This document shows positions 7,158 to 15,130 of a DNA stretch of 26,356 nt, in pieces. The notes under the pieces were generated by a model. That model did not search any database and was not told the DNA's origin. It worked only from the letters and a program-made list of their open reading frames with translations. Source of the DNA: a virus (lineage: Duplodnaviria > Caudoviricetes); IMG/VR virus record IMGVR_UViG_3300037789_000016, positions 1 to 26,356 of that record. The stretch is one strand, 5' to 3'. Position 1 is the first letter of the stretch. Every line of letters starts with the position of its first letter. The position numbers and the translations under genes were made by a program.

Positions 7158-7841
7158 ATGGATAACGGTTGGATAAAACTTTACAGGAATTTAATAGATT
7201 GGGAGTGGTGGGACGATCATAATGCATCCCGGCTTCTGATTTATTTGTTGTGCAAAGTGAACTACGAGGAAAAGAAGTGGAAGGGTATCGTTATCAAACC
7301 AGGTCAAATTGTTATGAGTTGGGACGGATTAAGTAAGGGTATTGGTTTAAGCGTTCAAAGTTGCCGAACTGCCATGAAAAAATTGGAATTGTCAAACGAG
7401 GTAACAAGAAAAACAACAAACCGTTATCAACTGGTAACCCTTGTAAAATGGGAAAAGTTGCAGGAAATAAAAGTTAGTCCAAGTGGCAAATCAACAAGCA
7501 AACTAACAAAGAAGCAACAAGCAACTAACAAGCAACTAACAACAACTAAAGAAAGTAAAGAAGATAAAGAAAGTAAAGAAGTTGTTAGTATACGCGGAAA
7601 AATCCCAAAGTTATCAGATGTTATTGCTTATGCAATGGAAAAAGGAGTATCAATACAACTTGCAAAAGATGCTTTTGAATATTACGAAGATATGGCATGG
7701 GAGGATAAAAAGGGAGAACCTGTTCAGAATTGGAAAAATAAGATATTAAATAACTGGTTTAAGGACAGAAATGGAAATCTTAAAAAAGAAAAACCCTCCC
7801 AATCCGAACCGATTCCACCATACCTAAAAAACCGATTATGA
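7158..7841 (+). CDS. phage replication initiator / replisome organiser
   Basis: Start reassigned to ATG 7158 (MDNGWIKLYR); wHTH-like N-terminus, low-complexity linker, C-terminal FEYYE...W.D.KG.PVQNWK; directly upstream of DnaB. Confidence 0.8.
   Translation: MDNGWIKLYRNLIDWEWWDDHNASRLLIYLLCKVNYEEKKWKGIVIKPGQIVMSWDGLSKGIGLSVQSCRTAMKKLELSNEVTRKTTNRYQLVTLVKWEKLQEIKVSPSGKSTSKLTKKQQATNKQLTTTKESKEDKESKEVVSIRGKIPKLSDVIAYAMEKGVSIQLAKDAFEYYEDMAWEDKKGEPVQNWKNKILNNWFKDRNGNLKKEKPSQSEPIPPYLKNRL
7492..7589. repeat. iteron-like repeats; putative replication origin inside the initiator gene
   Basis: AACAAGCAACT x2 (7516-7537) plus variants; TAAAGAAAGTAAAGAAG x2 (7547-7563, 7565-7581); inverted GTTGTTAGT (7581-7589). 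Confidence 0.6.
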
Positions 7842-9193
7842 TAACCCTAAACAACAAAGAACTCGAAGCGAAGGTGTTAAGCACAATACTTTTCAGTCCA
7901 AATGAACTCAACGCGATTCTGCACGACTTCCGACCTGATAGCTTTTACTTCGAACCGCATAAGGCAATCGCGAAGCAAATCTTGTCAAGACGAATCAAAG
8001 GCGAACAGTTTGACGCGATGGTAATCGGAAACGATTTGAACGTAAAAGGCGAGTTTATCAGTCAGGATCAAAGCGACTGGATTCAGTACATCATGATGAT
8101 GGACCAATATGCTGGAGGTGGTGCGAATCTTCCAACGTGGAATCTTGAAATTAACCACCTTGCGCAAAAACGTCAATTTCGCGAGTTAAGTTTGGGTTTG
8201 TCAGATTTGGATTATTCCGAACCGATTGAAACGCTAATTAGCGAAACGGGTGCGAAGATGGCAAAGATAACCAGTCTAAGCCCGAAGCGCACCGAAATAA
8301 GCGTTCGAGATAGTTTACCGAAAGTGATGGATATTATCAACGGAAAGGTAAGCGCAGGACTTCGAACGATAAACACAAAGCAAAACAGTATCTTCCAACA
8401 GAAGCCGGGAGATTTAATAATCACCGCAGCCCGTCCCGGAATGGGTAAGACCGCAGAAATGTTGCAAGAAGCGGTTCAAAAAGCCCGAATGGGGTTAAGC
8501 GTTCGGATAGTCAGTAGCGAAATGACATCGGTCGAATTGACCAAAAGGTTAGTGGTTCAGATGGCAAAGGTCAACAACGAACACATTAAGCGCGGTCAGG
8601 TCGATGAAAACGAAATGGAACGAATCAATAAGGCAGTAGCTGAATTAGAGCAATTGGATATTTCAATCGACGAATCGACTAACTTCGATCAAATCCGAAT
8701 GAATTGCCTAAGCGCATACAACGTGAAGAAGTTTGACTGGTTGGCGGTGGATTATTTGCAGAGGTTATCAGGTGGAAGTGGGGATAGCCCAAACCACCGA
8801 ATCGGGAGCATTGCGAAAGGATTTAAGAACTTAGCGAAGGAATTGGAGATACCTGTTTGGCTACTCTCCCAACTTAATCGGGGCGTTGAAACAAGAGGTG
8901 GAATGAAGATTCCTACCTTAGCGGACCTTCGGGAATCGGGAGAGATTGAGCAGGAGGCAGATGTTATTCGGTTCAGATACCGAGCGCAGTACTACGGATT
9001 TGAAACTTGTTCGGACGGATCAACGCCAAGTCAGGGAATGGCTGAAGCGTTTATAGCTAAAAACCGAGATGGGGACACGGGAACGTTTATGGATAAGTGG
9101 ATTGGGAATCAGATGCGATTTGAAGAAGATTTGGAAGGAAATTGGGATAAAATGCCCGAAGTTAACCACGAAATAGGAGAAGCACCGTTTTGA
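7838..9193 (+). CDS. dnaB: replicative DNA helicase, DnaB family
   Basis: AARPGMGKT, SSEM, VDYLQ, LSQLNR, DLRESGEIEQEAD, IAKNRDG. Confidence 0.95.
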   Translation: MITLNNKELEAKVLSTILFSPNELNAILHDFRPDSFYFEPHKAIAKQILSRRIKGEQFDAMVIGNDLNVKGEFISQDQSDWIQYIMMMDQYAGGGANLPTWNLEINHLAQKRQFRELSLGLSDLDYSEPIETLISETGAKMAKITSLSPKRTEISVRDSLPKVMDIINGKVSAGLRTINTKQNSIFQQKPGDLIITAARPGMGKTAEMLQEAVQKARMGLSVRIVSSEMTSVELTKRLVVQMAKVNNEHIKRGQVDENEMERINKAVAELEQLDISIDESTNFDQIRMNCLSAYNVKKFDWLAVDYLQRLSGGSGDSPNHRIGSIAKGFKNLAKELEIPVWLLSQLNRGVETRGGMKIPTLADLRESGEIEQEADVIRFRYRAQYYGFETCSDGSTPSQGMAEAFIAKNRDGDTGTFMDKWIGNQMRFEEDLEGNWDKMPEVNHEIGEAPF

Positions 9194-9726
9194 AAGAAAA
9201 GAAGTGCAAAATATGCGGAAACGATTTTAAGCCGTTTAAAACAACGCAAAAGGTTTGTTCGGCATCATGTGCCATAGAATATGCAAAAGTCCAAGAGAAG
9301 GCAAAAAAAGCCAAGAAAATACGCAAATGGCAACGGGAGAAGCGAATCGAATTGATGACCCACAAGGATTGGCTCAAAAAATTACAAGTCGTTTTTAATT
9401 CGTATATTCGAAAAAGAGACGAGAATAAACCGTGCATCAGTTGCGGAAAACCGTTAAGAGGCAAGTTTGATGCGGGGCATTTTTATTCAGTTGGAAGCAC
9501 ACCGAATTTGAGATTCCACGAAGATAACGTACACGGTCAATGTGTGGAATGCAACAGACACCTTCACGGAAATTTAATCGAATACGCTGAACGTTTGCCG
9601 GGTCGGATTGGCCCGGAACGTTTCGAGCGTTTGAAGGAACTCAAAAACGAGCCGAATAAATTAAGCATTCCAGAGATTCGGGATTTGATTGAGAAATATA
9701 AAACCAAGATAAAAAATGAGAGTTAA
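9190..9726 (+). CDS. ninG: NinG/Rap family recombination endonuclease
   Basis: CKIC...C..SC, FNSYIRKRD, CISCG, DAGHF, RFHEDNVHGQCVECN; TTG start. Confidence 0.9.
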   Translation: MKEKKCKICGNDFKPFKTTQKVCSASCAIEYAKVQEKAKKAKKIRKWQREKRIELMTHKDWLKKLQVVFNSYIRKRDENKPCISCGKPLRGKFDAGHFYSVGSTPNLRFHEDNVHGQCVECNRHLHGNLIEYAERLPGRIGPERFERLKELKNEPNKLSIPEIRDLIEKYKTKIKNES

Positions 9727-9973
9727 ATTTGAAGTAAGAGCAGATTTTACAGAATCAAAACCAGTTATTTATTGGTGTGATTTGCAAATAATACCAAGAC
9801 AATACGATAGGGTTAATGTAATTGATTTTTTAGATAATCACGATTGGCGTAAGGTTAAGGATGATTCTGATTGTTGGTCAGGAACTAGTGGTGCAGTTGA
9901 AGTTGTTATCTTGCGAAAAGACGATACTGGATTTTATTATGAAATATCAGTTTACTGCGAAGATCATAAATAA
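9716..9973 (+). CDS. hypothetical protein (AT-rich)
   Basis: 85 aa ORF coupled to both neighbours. Confidence 0.65.
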   Translation: MRVKFEVRADFTESKPVIYWCDLQIIPRQYDRVNVIDFLDNHDWRKVKDDSDCWSGTSGAVEVVILRKDDTGFYYEISVYCEDHK

Positions 9974-10419
9974 TGAAAAAGATAACCTACATCACCAAAA
10001 TCGAAAACGGCCGAATGACCCGAAACCGATCGGCTATTTTCAAAGCGATTCAAATCTTTGAAGGCCGAGAACTCGAAATAACCTTATCCCGACCAAAGCG
10101 AAAACGCTCGAACAGTCAGAATTCGTATTGGTGGGGCGTAGTCGTACCGATTTATCAAAAGATTTTCAATGATGCTGGACACCTATGCGACAACAATGGA
10201 GCGCACTACTTACTTTGCGACCTTATTCGTGAAAACCATCCCGATACGCCGTTATTCAATGAAGTGTTATTGGGAGACACATACGTTAAGCAAACGAAAG
10301 GCACGAGCGAACTGACTAAGTCCGAATTTATGGACGTTATCGCATCGGCTCAACAAATCGCATCAGAATGGTTCGGTGCGTATATTCCGGATCCGAACGA
10401 GCAACTAACAATCGAGTAA
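9973..10419 (+). CDS. NinB-like protein
   Basis: KRSNSQNSYWW ... TSELTKSEF ... IPDP pattern. Confidence 0.6.
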   Translation: MKKITYITKIENGRMTRNRSAIFKAIQIFEGRELEITLSRPKRKRSNSQNSYWWGVVVPIYQKIFNDAGHLCDNNGAHYLLCDLIRENHPDTPLFNEVLLGDTYVKQTKGTSELTKSEFMDVIASAQQIASEWFGAYIPDPNEQLTIE

Positions 10420-10426
10420 TTATAAC

Positions 10427-10471
10427 AAAGTAAGGGTAAATAAAGCCGAATAATGTAATAAAGTAAGGGTA
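10427..10471 (+). repeat. 12-bp direct repeat AAAGTAAGGGTA, 33-nt period
   Basis: Copies at 10427-10438 and 10460-10471. Confidence 0.75.
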
Positions 10472-10686
10472 TGACCGACCACATCAAACCGAAACACTAC
10501 CAATCCAACTCAATGGAAGTTTGGGAAATGATGCTCAAAATATGGGGCAAGGAGAAGTTTATTGCGTTCTGCGAGATGAATGCGTTTAAGTACCGAATGA
10601 GAGCCGGACTGAAACCCGACCAACCGATTGACCGCGATTTGGATAAAGCGAGATGGTATGAAGAAAAAGCAAAAGAATTGAGATGA
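10471..10686 (+). CDS. DUF3310-family protein
   Basis: HIKPKHY...FCEMNAFKYRMRAG.K......DLDKARWY. Confidence 0.85.
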   Translation: MTDHIKPKHYQSNSMEVWEMMLKIWGKEKFIAFCEMNAFKYRMRAGLKPDQPIDRDLDKARWYEEKAKELR

Positions 10687-10689
10687 ATG

Positions 10690-10720
10690 TTTGCGTATTT
10701 GAAAATAAAGATTACCTTTG
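10690..10720 (+). promoter_or_regulatory. consensus Bacteroidota promoter
   Basis: TTTG (10690-10693), 19 nt spacer, TACCTTTG (10713-10720). Confidence 0.85.
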
Positions 10721-10757
10721 TCCACATAATCGTTTACTAATCTTAATTTATGTCAAC

Positions 10758-10892
10758 ATGAAACGAGTCAAAACAGAACTACTTGAAATGTGGAAAAACG
10801 ACCGAGACGGTCTAATTGGAGGGATTTTAATCGTCCCGATGATTTACGGATTTCTTTATGCAGTAGCAATTCTTCAAAACATCTTATTATGA
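10758..10892 (+). CDS. small single-TM membrane protein (44 aa)
   Basis: Start reassigned to ATG 10758 downstream of the promoter; hydrophobic LIGGILIVPMIYGFLYAVAIL. Confidence 0.65.
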   Translation: MKRVKTELLEMWKNDRDGLIGGILIVPMIYGFLYAVAILQNILL

Positions 10893-11095
10893 GCAGAGAA
10901 GCAGAAAACACATTGATGATGCTATTCGCAACGACTGGAGTATCATTCATGTACCTTGCGTATAGTTCAACCGCAGTCAAGACTTGGTCACTCCCGATGG
11001 CATTTGCATTAACTATGATCGGAGTAATAGGTGCAATTTTCGCACTTATCGGAGTGAGCCGAATTGTTTGGAACCTAAAAAATCGGAAAAAATGA
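10889..11095 (+). CDS. small two-TM membrane protein (68 aa)
   Basis: Start ATG 10889 (ATGA overlap); two hydrophobic segments and a basic C-terminus. Confidence 0.7.
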   Translation: MSREAENTLMMLFATTGVSFMYLAYSSTAVKTWSLPMAFALTMIGVIGAIFALIGVSRIVWNLKNRKK

Positions 11096-11334
11096 AAGTT
11101 TTTGTGATTACAGACCGAGACGCTGGATATCCGCAACGGGTATGCCGAATCAAGTCGATTGAAGAAATGGCCGAGCAAATAATGATGGAGAACCCCGAAG
11201 GTGCGGATTGGGAATACATCGCTCAAGGAACGCACCCCGACACAAAGCATTTCGGAGAGATTCTAATCTATGACGAAGTGCATCGTATTATTGACGAGTA
11301 CGATGTGGAAGAGTTTGATGTGTTTGAGAAATAA
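11092..11334 (+). CDS. hypothetical acidic protein
   Basis: Start ATG 11092 (ATGA overlap), MKVFVITDRD... Confidence 0.7.
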   Translation: MKVFVITDRDAGYPQRVCRIKSIEEMAEQIMMENPEGADWEYIAQGTHPDTKHFGEILIYDEVHRIIDEYDVEEFDVFEK

Positions 11335-11346
11335 AAAAAATATAAA

Positions 11347-11505
11347 ATGAGAAGTCCAAAAGAAACAGCAGAAGCCATTGAAAAAACAATAACTGAAATA
11401 TTTAATTCAAAAGAAATTACAAAAGAATGTATTTCAAAAATTTGTAAAAAAAACAATGTAAGCGAATCACACATTAAAACAGTAGCAGGTTTGCAACATA
11501 TATGA
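11347..11505 (+). CDS. hypothetical 52-aa protein (not in the ORF track)
   Basis: MRSPKETAEAIEKTITEIFNSKEITKECISKICKKNNVSESHIKTVAGLQHI; ATGA overlap with the next gene; very AT-rich. Confidence 0.65.
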   Translation: MRSPKETAEAIEKTITEIFNSKEITKECISKICKKNNVSESHIKTVAGLQHI

Positions 11506-11768
11506 CACGCCCCGTACCAAAACGAACAGAACACTATACATTTCTTGAACGATGTGGACTTCCTGATCACTGGCCGATATGGAAGAATCGAAAAGGTCAG
11601 GAGTTTATCATGGCCGGAGCGCGAAAAGAAACGGTCGATGGGAAATATAAGTGGTTCGCCCATGTGTTTTTTGTGAAAGGTGGGTATCAAAAAGTGCCGT
11701 TCGAGAAAATGTCCGAATATGAAAAAATGCAGTCGGCACACATGGTAGCTGTTGCAAAATCAAAATAA
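11502..11768 (+). CDS. hypothetical protein
   Basis: 88 aa ORF in operon context. Confidence 0.6.
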   Translation: MTRPVPKRTEHYTFLERCGLPDHWPIWKNRKGQEFIMAGARKETVDGKYKWFAHVFFVKGGYQKVPFEKMSEYEKMQSAHMVAVAKSK

Positions 11769-11782
11769 AATCATTACATTTA
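11751..11782 (+). promoter_or_regulatory. probable promoter for SSB and the sugar-modification genes
   Basis: GTTG (11751-11754), 20 nt spacer, TACATTTA (11775-11782); one mismatch in each element. Confidence 0.5.
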
Positions 11783-11804
11783 CGAAAATTAAAACCAAAC
11801 CAAT

Positions 11805-12083
11805 ATGGCTAAAATTGTAGCAATTAAAATCGATGTCACGAAGATTGACAAGGAGCGTTTATATAAAGGCGCAAAAGGAACTTATCTCGATGCAGTAGTA
11901 TTCCTCGAGGACGAACCGGACCAGTACGGTAACAACGGGATGATTACGCAACAAGTCAGCAAAGAAGAGCGTCAAAACGGGATAAAAGGAAGCATTCTCG
12001 GGAACGTTAAGATTGTTGGACAAACGGATTCAATCGCTCAACCGACACAAGCGAAAGGCGACACAGAAGATTTACCGTTTTGA
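11805..12083 (+). CDS. putative single-stranded DNA-binding protein
   Basis: Small beta-rich protein ending in the SSB-type acidic tail EDLPF. Confidence 0.65.
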   Translation: MAKIVAIKIDVTKIDKERLYKGAKGTYLDAVVFLEDEPDQYGNNGMITQQVSKEERQNGIKGSILGNVKIVGQTDSIAQPTQAKGDTEDLPF

Positions 12084-12085
12084 TT

Positions 12086-12253
12086 ATGACATTACACAAA
12101 ATCAAACGACACAAATTGGTCGAAGTAGTCCAAACCGATAACATCCGAGAGATTTGCCGACAGTCTGGAGCGGATTATATGAGAACGTGGAGAGCGGTGA
12201 AAAAATCGGACGGATTCGTTTATTTGGGGAATCGATACATACTTGAGACATGA
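12086..12253 (+). CDS. hypothetical 55-aa protein (not in the ORF track)
   Basis: MTLHKIKRHKLVEVVQTDNIREICRQSGADYMRTWRAVKKSDGFVYLGNRYILET; fills the gap, ATGA overlap with 12250. Confidence 0.65.
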   Translation: MTLHKIKRHKLVEVVQTDNIREICRQSGADYMRTWRAVKKSDGFVYLGNRYILET

Positions 12254-12726
12254 TCCACCCAACAGCCATAATCTATCCAAACTGCGAGATACACGAATCG
12301 GCTTATATAGGTCCGTATTGTATCATAGGCGCACCGCCCGAAGACAAAAAGACATTCCCCGATGGTGGTAAAGGAGTGGTTATTGGAGAGGGTGCGGTAT
12401 TGCACGGTCACGTCACGGTTGATTCCGGTACAAAAATAAAAACGGAGATAATGGACGGGGCATGGCTTATGAAAGGCGTTCACGTTGGACATGATGCAGT
12501 GATAGGAACTGAAGCTATTTTGTCTTGTCACGTTTTAATAGGCGGATGGGTTTGCGTAGGACAATACACCAATATCGGACTGGGTGCAGTTGTCCACCAA
12601 CGAGTAACTATCCCACCTCGTTGCATGATAGGGATGAATAGCACCGTTATCAAAAAGTCCGAAATGAAAGATGGTGGTAAATACGCAGGTAGTCCAATCC
12701 GATACATAGGAGAAAACAGACGATGA
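12250..12726 (+). CDS. LpxA-like left-handed beta-helix (hexapeptide repeat) acyltransferase, truncated
   Basis: IHPTAII, IGPYCIIG, PPED, HVGHD (catalytic His motif), VHQ, GSP; lacks the LpxA C-terminal helical domain. Confidence 0.85.
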   Translation: MIHPTAIIYPNCEIHESAYIGPYCIIGAPPEDKKTFPDGGKGVVIGEGAVLHGHVTVDSGTKIKTEIMDGAWLMKGVHVGHDAVIGTEAILSCHVLIGGWVCVGQYTNIGLGAVVHQRVTIPPRCMIGMNSTVIKKSEMKDGGKYAGSPIRYIGENRR

Positions 12727-13388
12727 AGATAATATACTACACCGCGATGCAAGGCCGACACGACACCGTTCGAATGTGTCTTGAATACAACATGGCGGTG
12801 CGAGATAATTTGAAAGAACATGGCGTCGAATTATCGTTCATCTACGGATATACTACTGACGGTGACGACAAGTTCTTAAACGATTGGGAGGTTCACACTT
12901 ATTTCGCGCCAAATAGTCCGCTTCACGCTAAATTTAACGGAGGAATGGACCTACTCGAATCTATGGATTACGATTGTGTGTTGATGATGGGGAGCGACGA
13001 TATAGCGGACACGGATTATTATCTTTCGATTCAAAAGCACTACCAAGACTACGACCACATCGCACTCAAAGATATCTACTTCCACGACCGATTGAACAAA
13101 CGCTCGTATTATTGGCCCGGATACGACAACCACCGAAAAGGTGAACCAGCAGGAGCCGGAAAGGTTTACACCCGTTCAATGATGGAGCGAATCAAACACG
13201 ATTTATTCCGACCGAGTGTCGATCGTGGGTTGGATCACGGTTGTTGGACTTTGATGAAGCAACATAACGCAAAGATTAAACTCCTATCGGTCAAAACGCA
13301 CGGTATGGTAGTGGACATAAAAGACACTGATAGCAAGACAAAGTTGCGGAAATTCACTAACTTAGACCGAGCAACACTACCATTATGA
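12723..13388 (+). CDS. GT-A fold (GT2-like) glycosyltransferase, copy 1
   Basis: N-terminal strand plus TAMQGR, PLHAKFN.G, hydrophobic strand plus GSDD (DxD-like), GAG, GLD. Confidence 0.7.
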   Translation: MKIIYYTAMQGRHDTVRMCLEYNMAVRDNLKEHGVELSFIYGYTTDGDDKFLNDWEVHTYFAPNSPLHAKFNGGMDLLESMDYDCVLMMGSDDIADTDYYLSIQKHYQDYDHIALKDIYFHDRLNKRSYYWPGYDNHRKGEPAGAGKVYTRSMMERIKHDLFRPSVDRGLDHGCWTLMKQHNAKIKLLSVKTHGMVVDIKDTDSKTKLRKFTNLDRATLPL

Positions 13389-14350
13389 TAAAATTCGCTA
13401 TTATTGGTTATGGAAGAATCGGAAAACGTTATCACGGTTTAATCGAGCAACACCCCGACTGCAAACTAACTACAATAATAGACCCGAACCACCCCGAACC
13501 GACACTCGATACCGTTGCCGAAATCTTACTCAAACAAATCGACGTAGATTGTGCGGTCATATCCACCCCAAACCACCTTCACACACCTATCGCATTACTT
13601 CTACTCGATGCAGGAATAAATGTTATCATAGAAAAACCAATTAGCTTTACGCGAAAAGGAGCAGAAGCAATCCAAGAAGCATCCATAAACGCGCATAGCT
13701 TTGTTGTGATGCAAAATCGATACAGTCCAGTATCGAGATGGCTCAAATCAATCGTAAGCAAATTAGGTCGGATTTATACCGTTGTAGTGAACTGTTTTTG
13801 GAATAGGGGCAAAGAGTATTACATGAAGCACGAATGGCACGGAAGCAAAATAAAAGACGGAGGAGTGCTATACACGCAGTTCTCCCACTTCTTGGACATT
13901 GTTCAATGGTGCTTCGGGAAAATCGATCCAACTCAAGCCACATTCTACAACCACTCACATCCGTATATCGAAATAGAAGATTCCGGAACGGTTCATTTCG
14001 ACCTACCACAAGGCAAAGGAATTTTGAACTTTTCTACTTCATGCTTTTCTGAAAACATGGAGAGCAGTATCACAATACTTGCCGAGAACGGATCGATTAA
14101 GGTCGGAGGCCAATACATGAATGAGGTCGCACATTGCGACATCAAGAACTACCAACTACCCGAAATATGCGATACGACCGAGCCAAACGACTACGGAAGT
14201 TATAAAGGGAGCGCATCAAACCACGCCGAAGTAATTCAGAACGTGGTGGAAACGTTGCAAGGCAAATCGAAACCGGATGTATCTATCTCGGATGGGGTTG
14301 AGTTAATCGATTCGATTGAAAAGATGTATAAAATAGCGAAATTCAAATAA
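13385..14350 (+). CDS. Gfo/Idh/MocA oxidoreductase, WbpB/WlbA-like (putative nucleotide-sugar 3-dehydrogenase)
   Basis: IIGYGRIG, STPNHLH, IEKP, QNRY, WNR..EYY....WHG....DGG.L.TQ.SH..D, EDSG. Confidence 0.85.
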   Translation: MIKFAIIGYGRIGKRYHGLIEQHPDCKLTTIIDPNHPEPTLDTVAEILLKQIDVDCAVISTPNHLHTPIALLLLDAGINVIIEKPISFTRKGAEAIQEASINAHSFVVMQNRYSPVSRWLKSIVSKLGRIYTVVVNCFWNRGKEYYMKHEWHGSKIKDGGVLYTQFSHFLDIVQWCFGKIDPTQATFYNHSHPYIEIEDSGTVHFDLPQGKGILNFSTSCFSENMESSITILAENGSIKVGGQYMNEVAHCDIKNYQLPEICDTTEPNDYGSYKGSASNHAEVIQNVVETLQGKSKPDVSISDGVELIDSIEKMYKIAKFK

Positions 14351-14379
14351 TTTTTGTATTTTAGCGAAAATTTTGTATT

Positions 14380-14832
14380 ATGCCCATACCAAAACCAGTT
14401 AGTTCAGAAACACGAACAGACTTTATTGGACGTTGCATGGCCAACGATACGATGAGAGCAGAATACCCTGACAGAGATCAGCGTTATGCCGTATGTGAAT
14501 CGCAATGGTCAGAGCCCAAAACAAAGTCGTTCACGAACTATCCTAAAGCAGCATCGGACGAGGCACAAAGGGCTATTGACTTCAAGGAAAAGAACGGAAG
14601 CGATTGTGGAACAAACGTGGGATGGACAAGAGCGAATCAACTGGCTAAACGTGAACCGATAAGTCTTGAAACGGTTAAGCGAACATATAGCTTCCTATCA
14701 AGAGCAAAGGAGTACGATACTGGGTCGTTTACAGACCGTGACGGGAACGAAGTATGTGGTTCGATAATGTATGCAGCATGGGGAGGAGATCCGATGCGTA
14801 GATGGGCTGAAAATGAGTTAGAAGAGGATTGA
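14380..14832 (+). CDS. two-domain phage protein upstream of terminase (possibly head-associated)
   Basis: N-module MPIPKP...FIGRCM...YPD..QRYAVC; C-module CGT.VGW.RANQLA..E.IS..TVKR..SF..R...CG..MY.AWGG. Confidence 0.65.
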   Translation: MPIPKPVSSETRTDFIGRCMANDTMRAEYPDRDQRYAVCESQWSEPKTKSFTNYPKAASDEAQRAIDFKEKNGSDCGTNVGWTRANQLAKREPISLETVKRTYSFLSRAKEYDTGSFTDRDGNEVCGSIMYAAWGGDPMRRWAENELEED

Positions 14833-14851
14833 ATAGTCAAGTTTTTTCAAA

Positions 14852-15130
14852 ATGGCACACGGAGGAAAAAGAAAAGGGGCTGGTCGTAAACCGAAAGCAG
14901 ATGAGGTCAAGATGATTGAGCGAATGGATGCCGTTCTTGCACCTACCGAAGTTTGGCAAAAGTTAGCAGATAAAGTAAAAGAAAAAGACGTACAAGCCAT
15001 CAAAACATGGCTCGGATATAGATTCGGAATGCCTAAGCAAACAGTCGATCAAAATTCAACAGTAGAGATCAAAAAAACTGTATTGGAACAAAGTGACATT
15101 GACCAACTAACATCGCTCGATGACGTATGA
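14852..15130 (+). CDS. terminase small subunit (putative)
   Basis: HGGKRKGAGRKPK basic N-terminus; overlaps the large subunit gene. Confidence 0.65.
   Translation: MAHGGKRKGAGRKPKADEVKMIERMDAVLAPTEVWQKLADKVKEKDVQAIKTWLGYRFGMPKQTVDQNSTVEIKKTVLEQSDIDQLTSLDDV

Noticed and set aside
7492-7589. CRISPR-like array
   Set aside because: Repeats are 11-17 nt, nearly adjacent, without unique spacers, and inside a coding region; no cas genes are present.
5931-14350. DNA hypermodification pathway (C5 methyltransferase plus glycosyltransferase)
   Set aside because: No TET/JBP dioxygenase, hydroxymethylase or similar enzyme was recognised to create a sugar acceptor on DNA, and the methyltransferase is in a separate unit. 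Downgraded, not excluded.
14357-14364. TATTTTAG as a late promoter (similar TATTTTCG before 18956 and TATTTTTA before 24467)
   Set aside because: Degenerate AT-rich matches without a -33 element; too weak to call from sequence alone.
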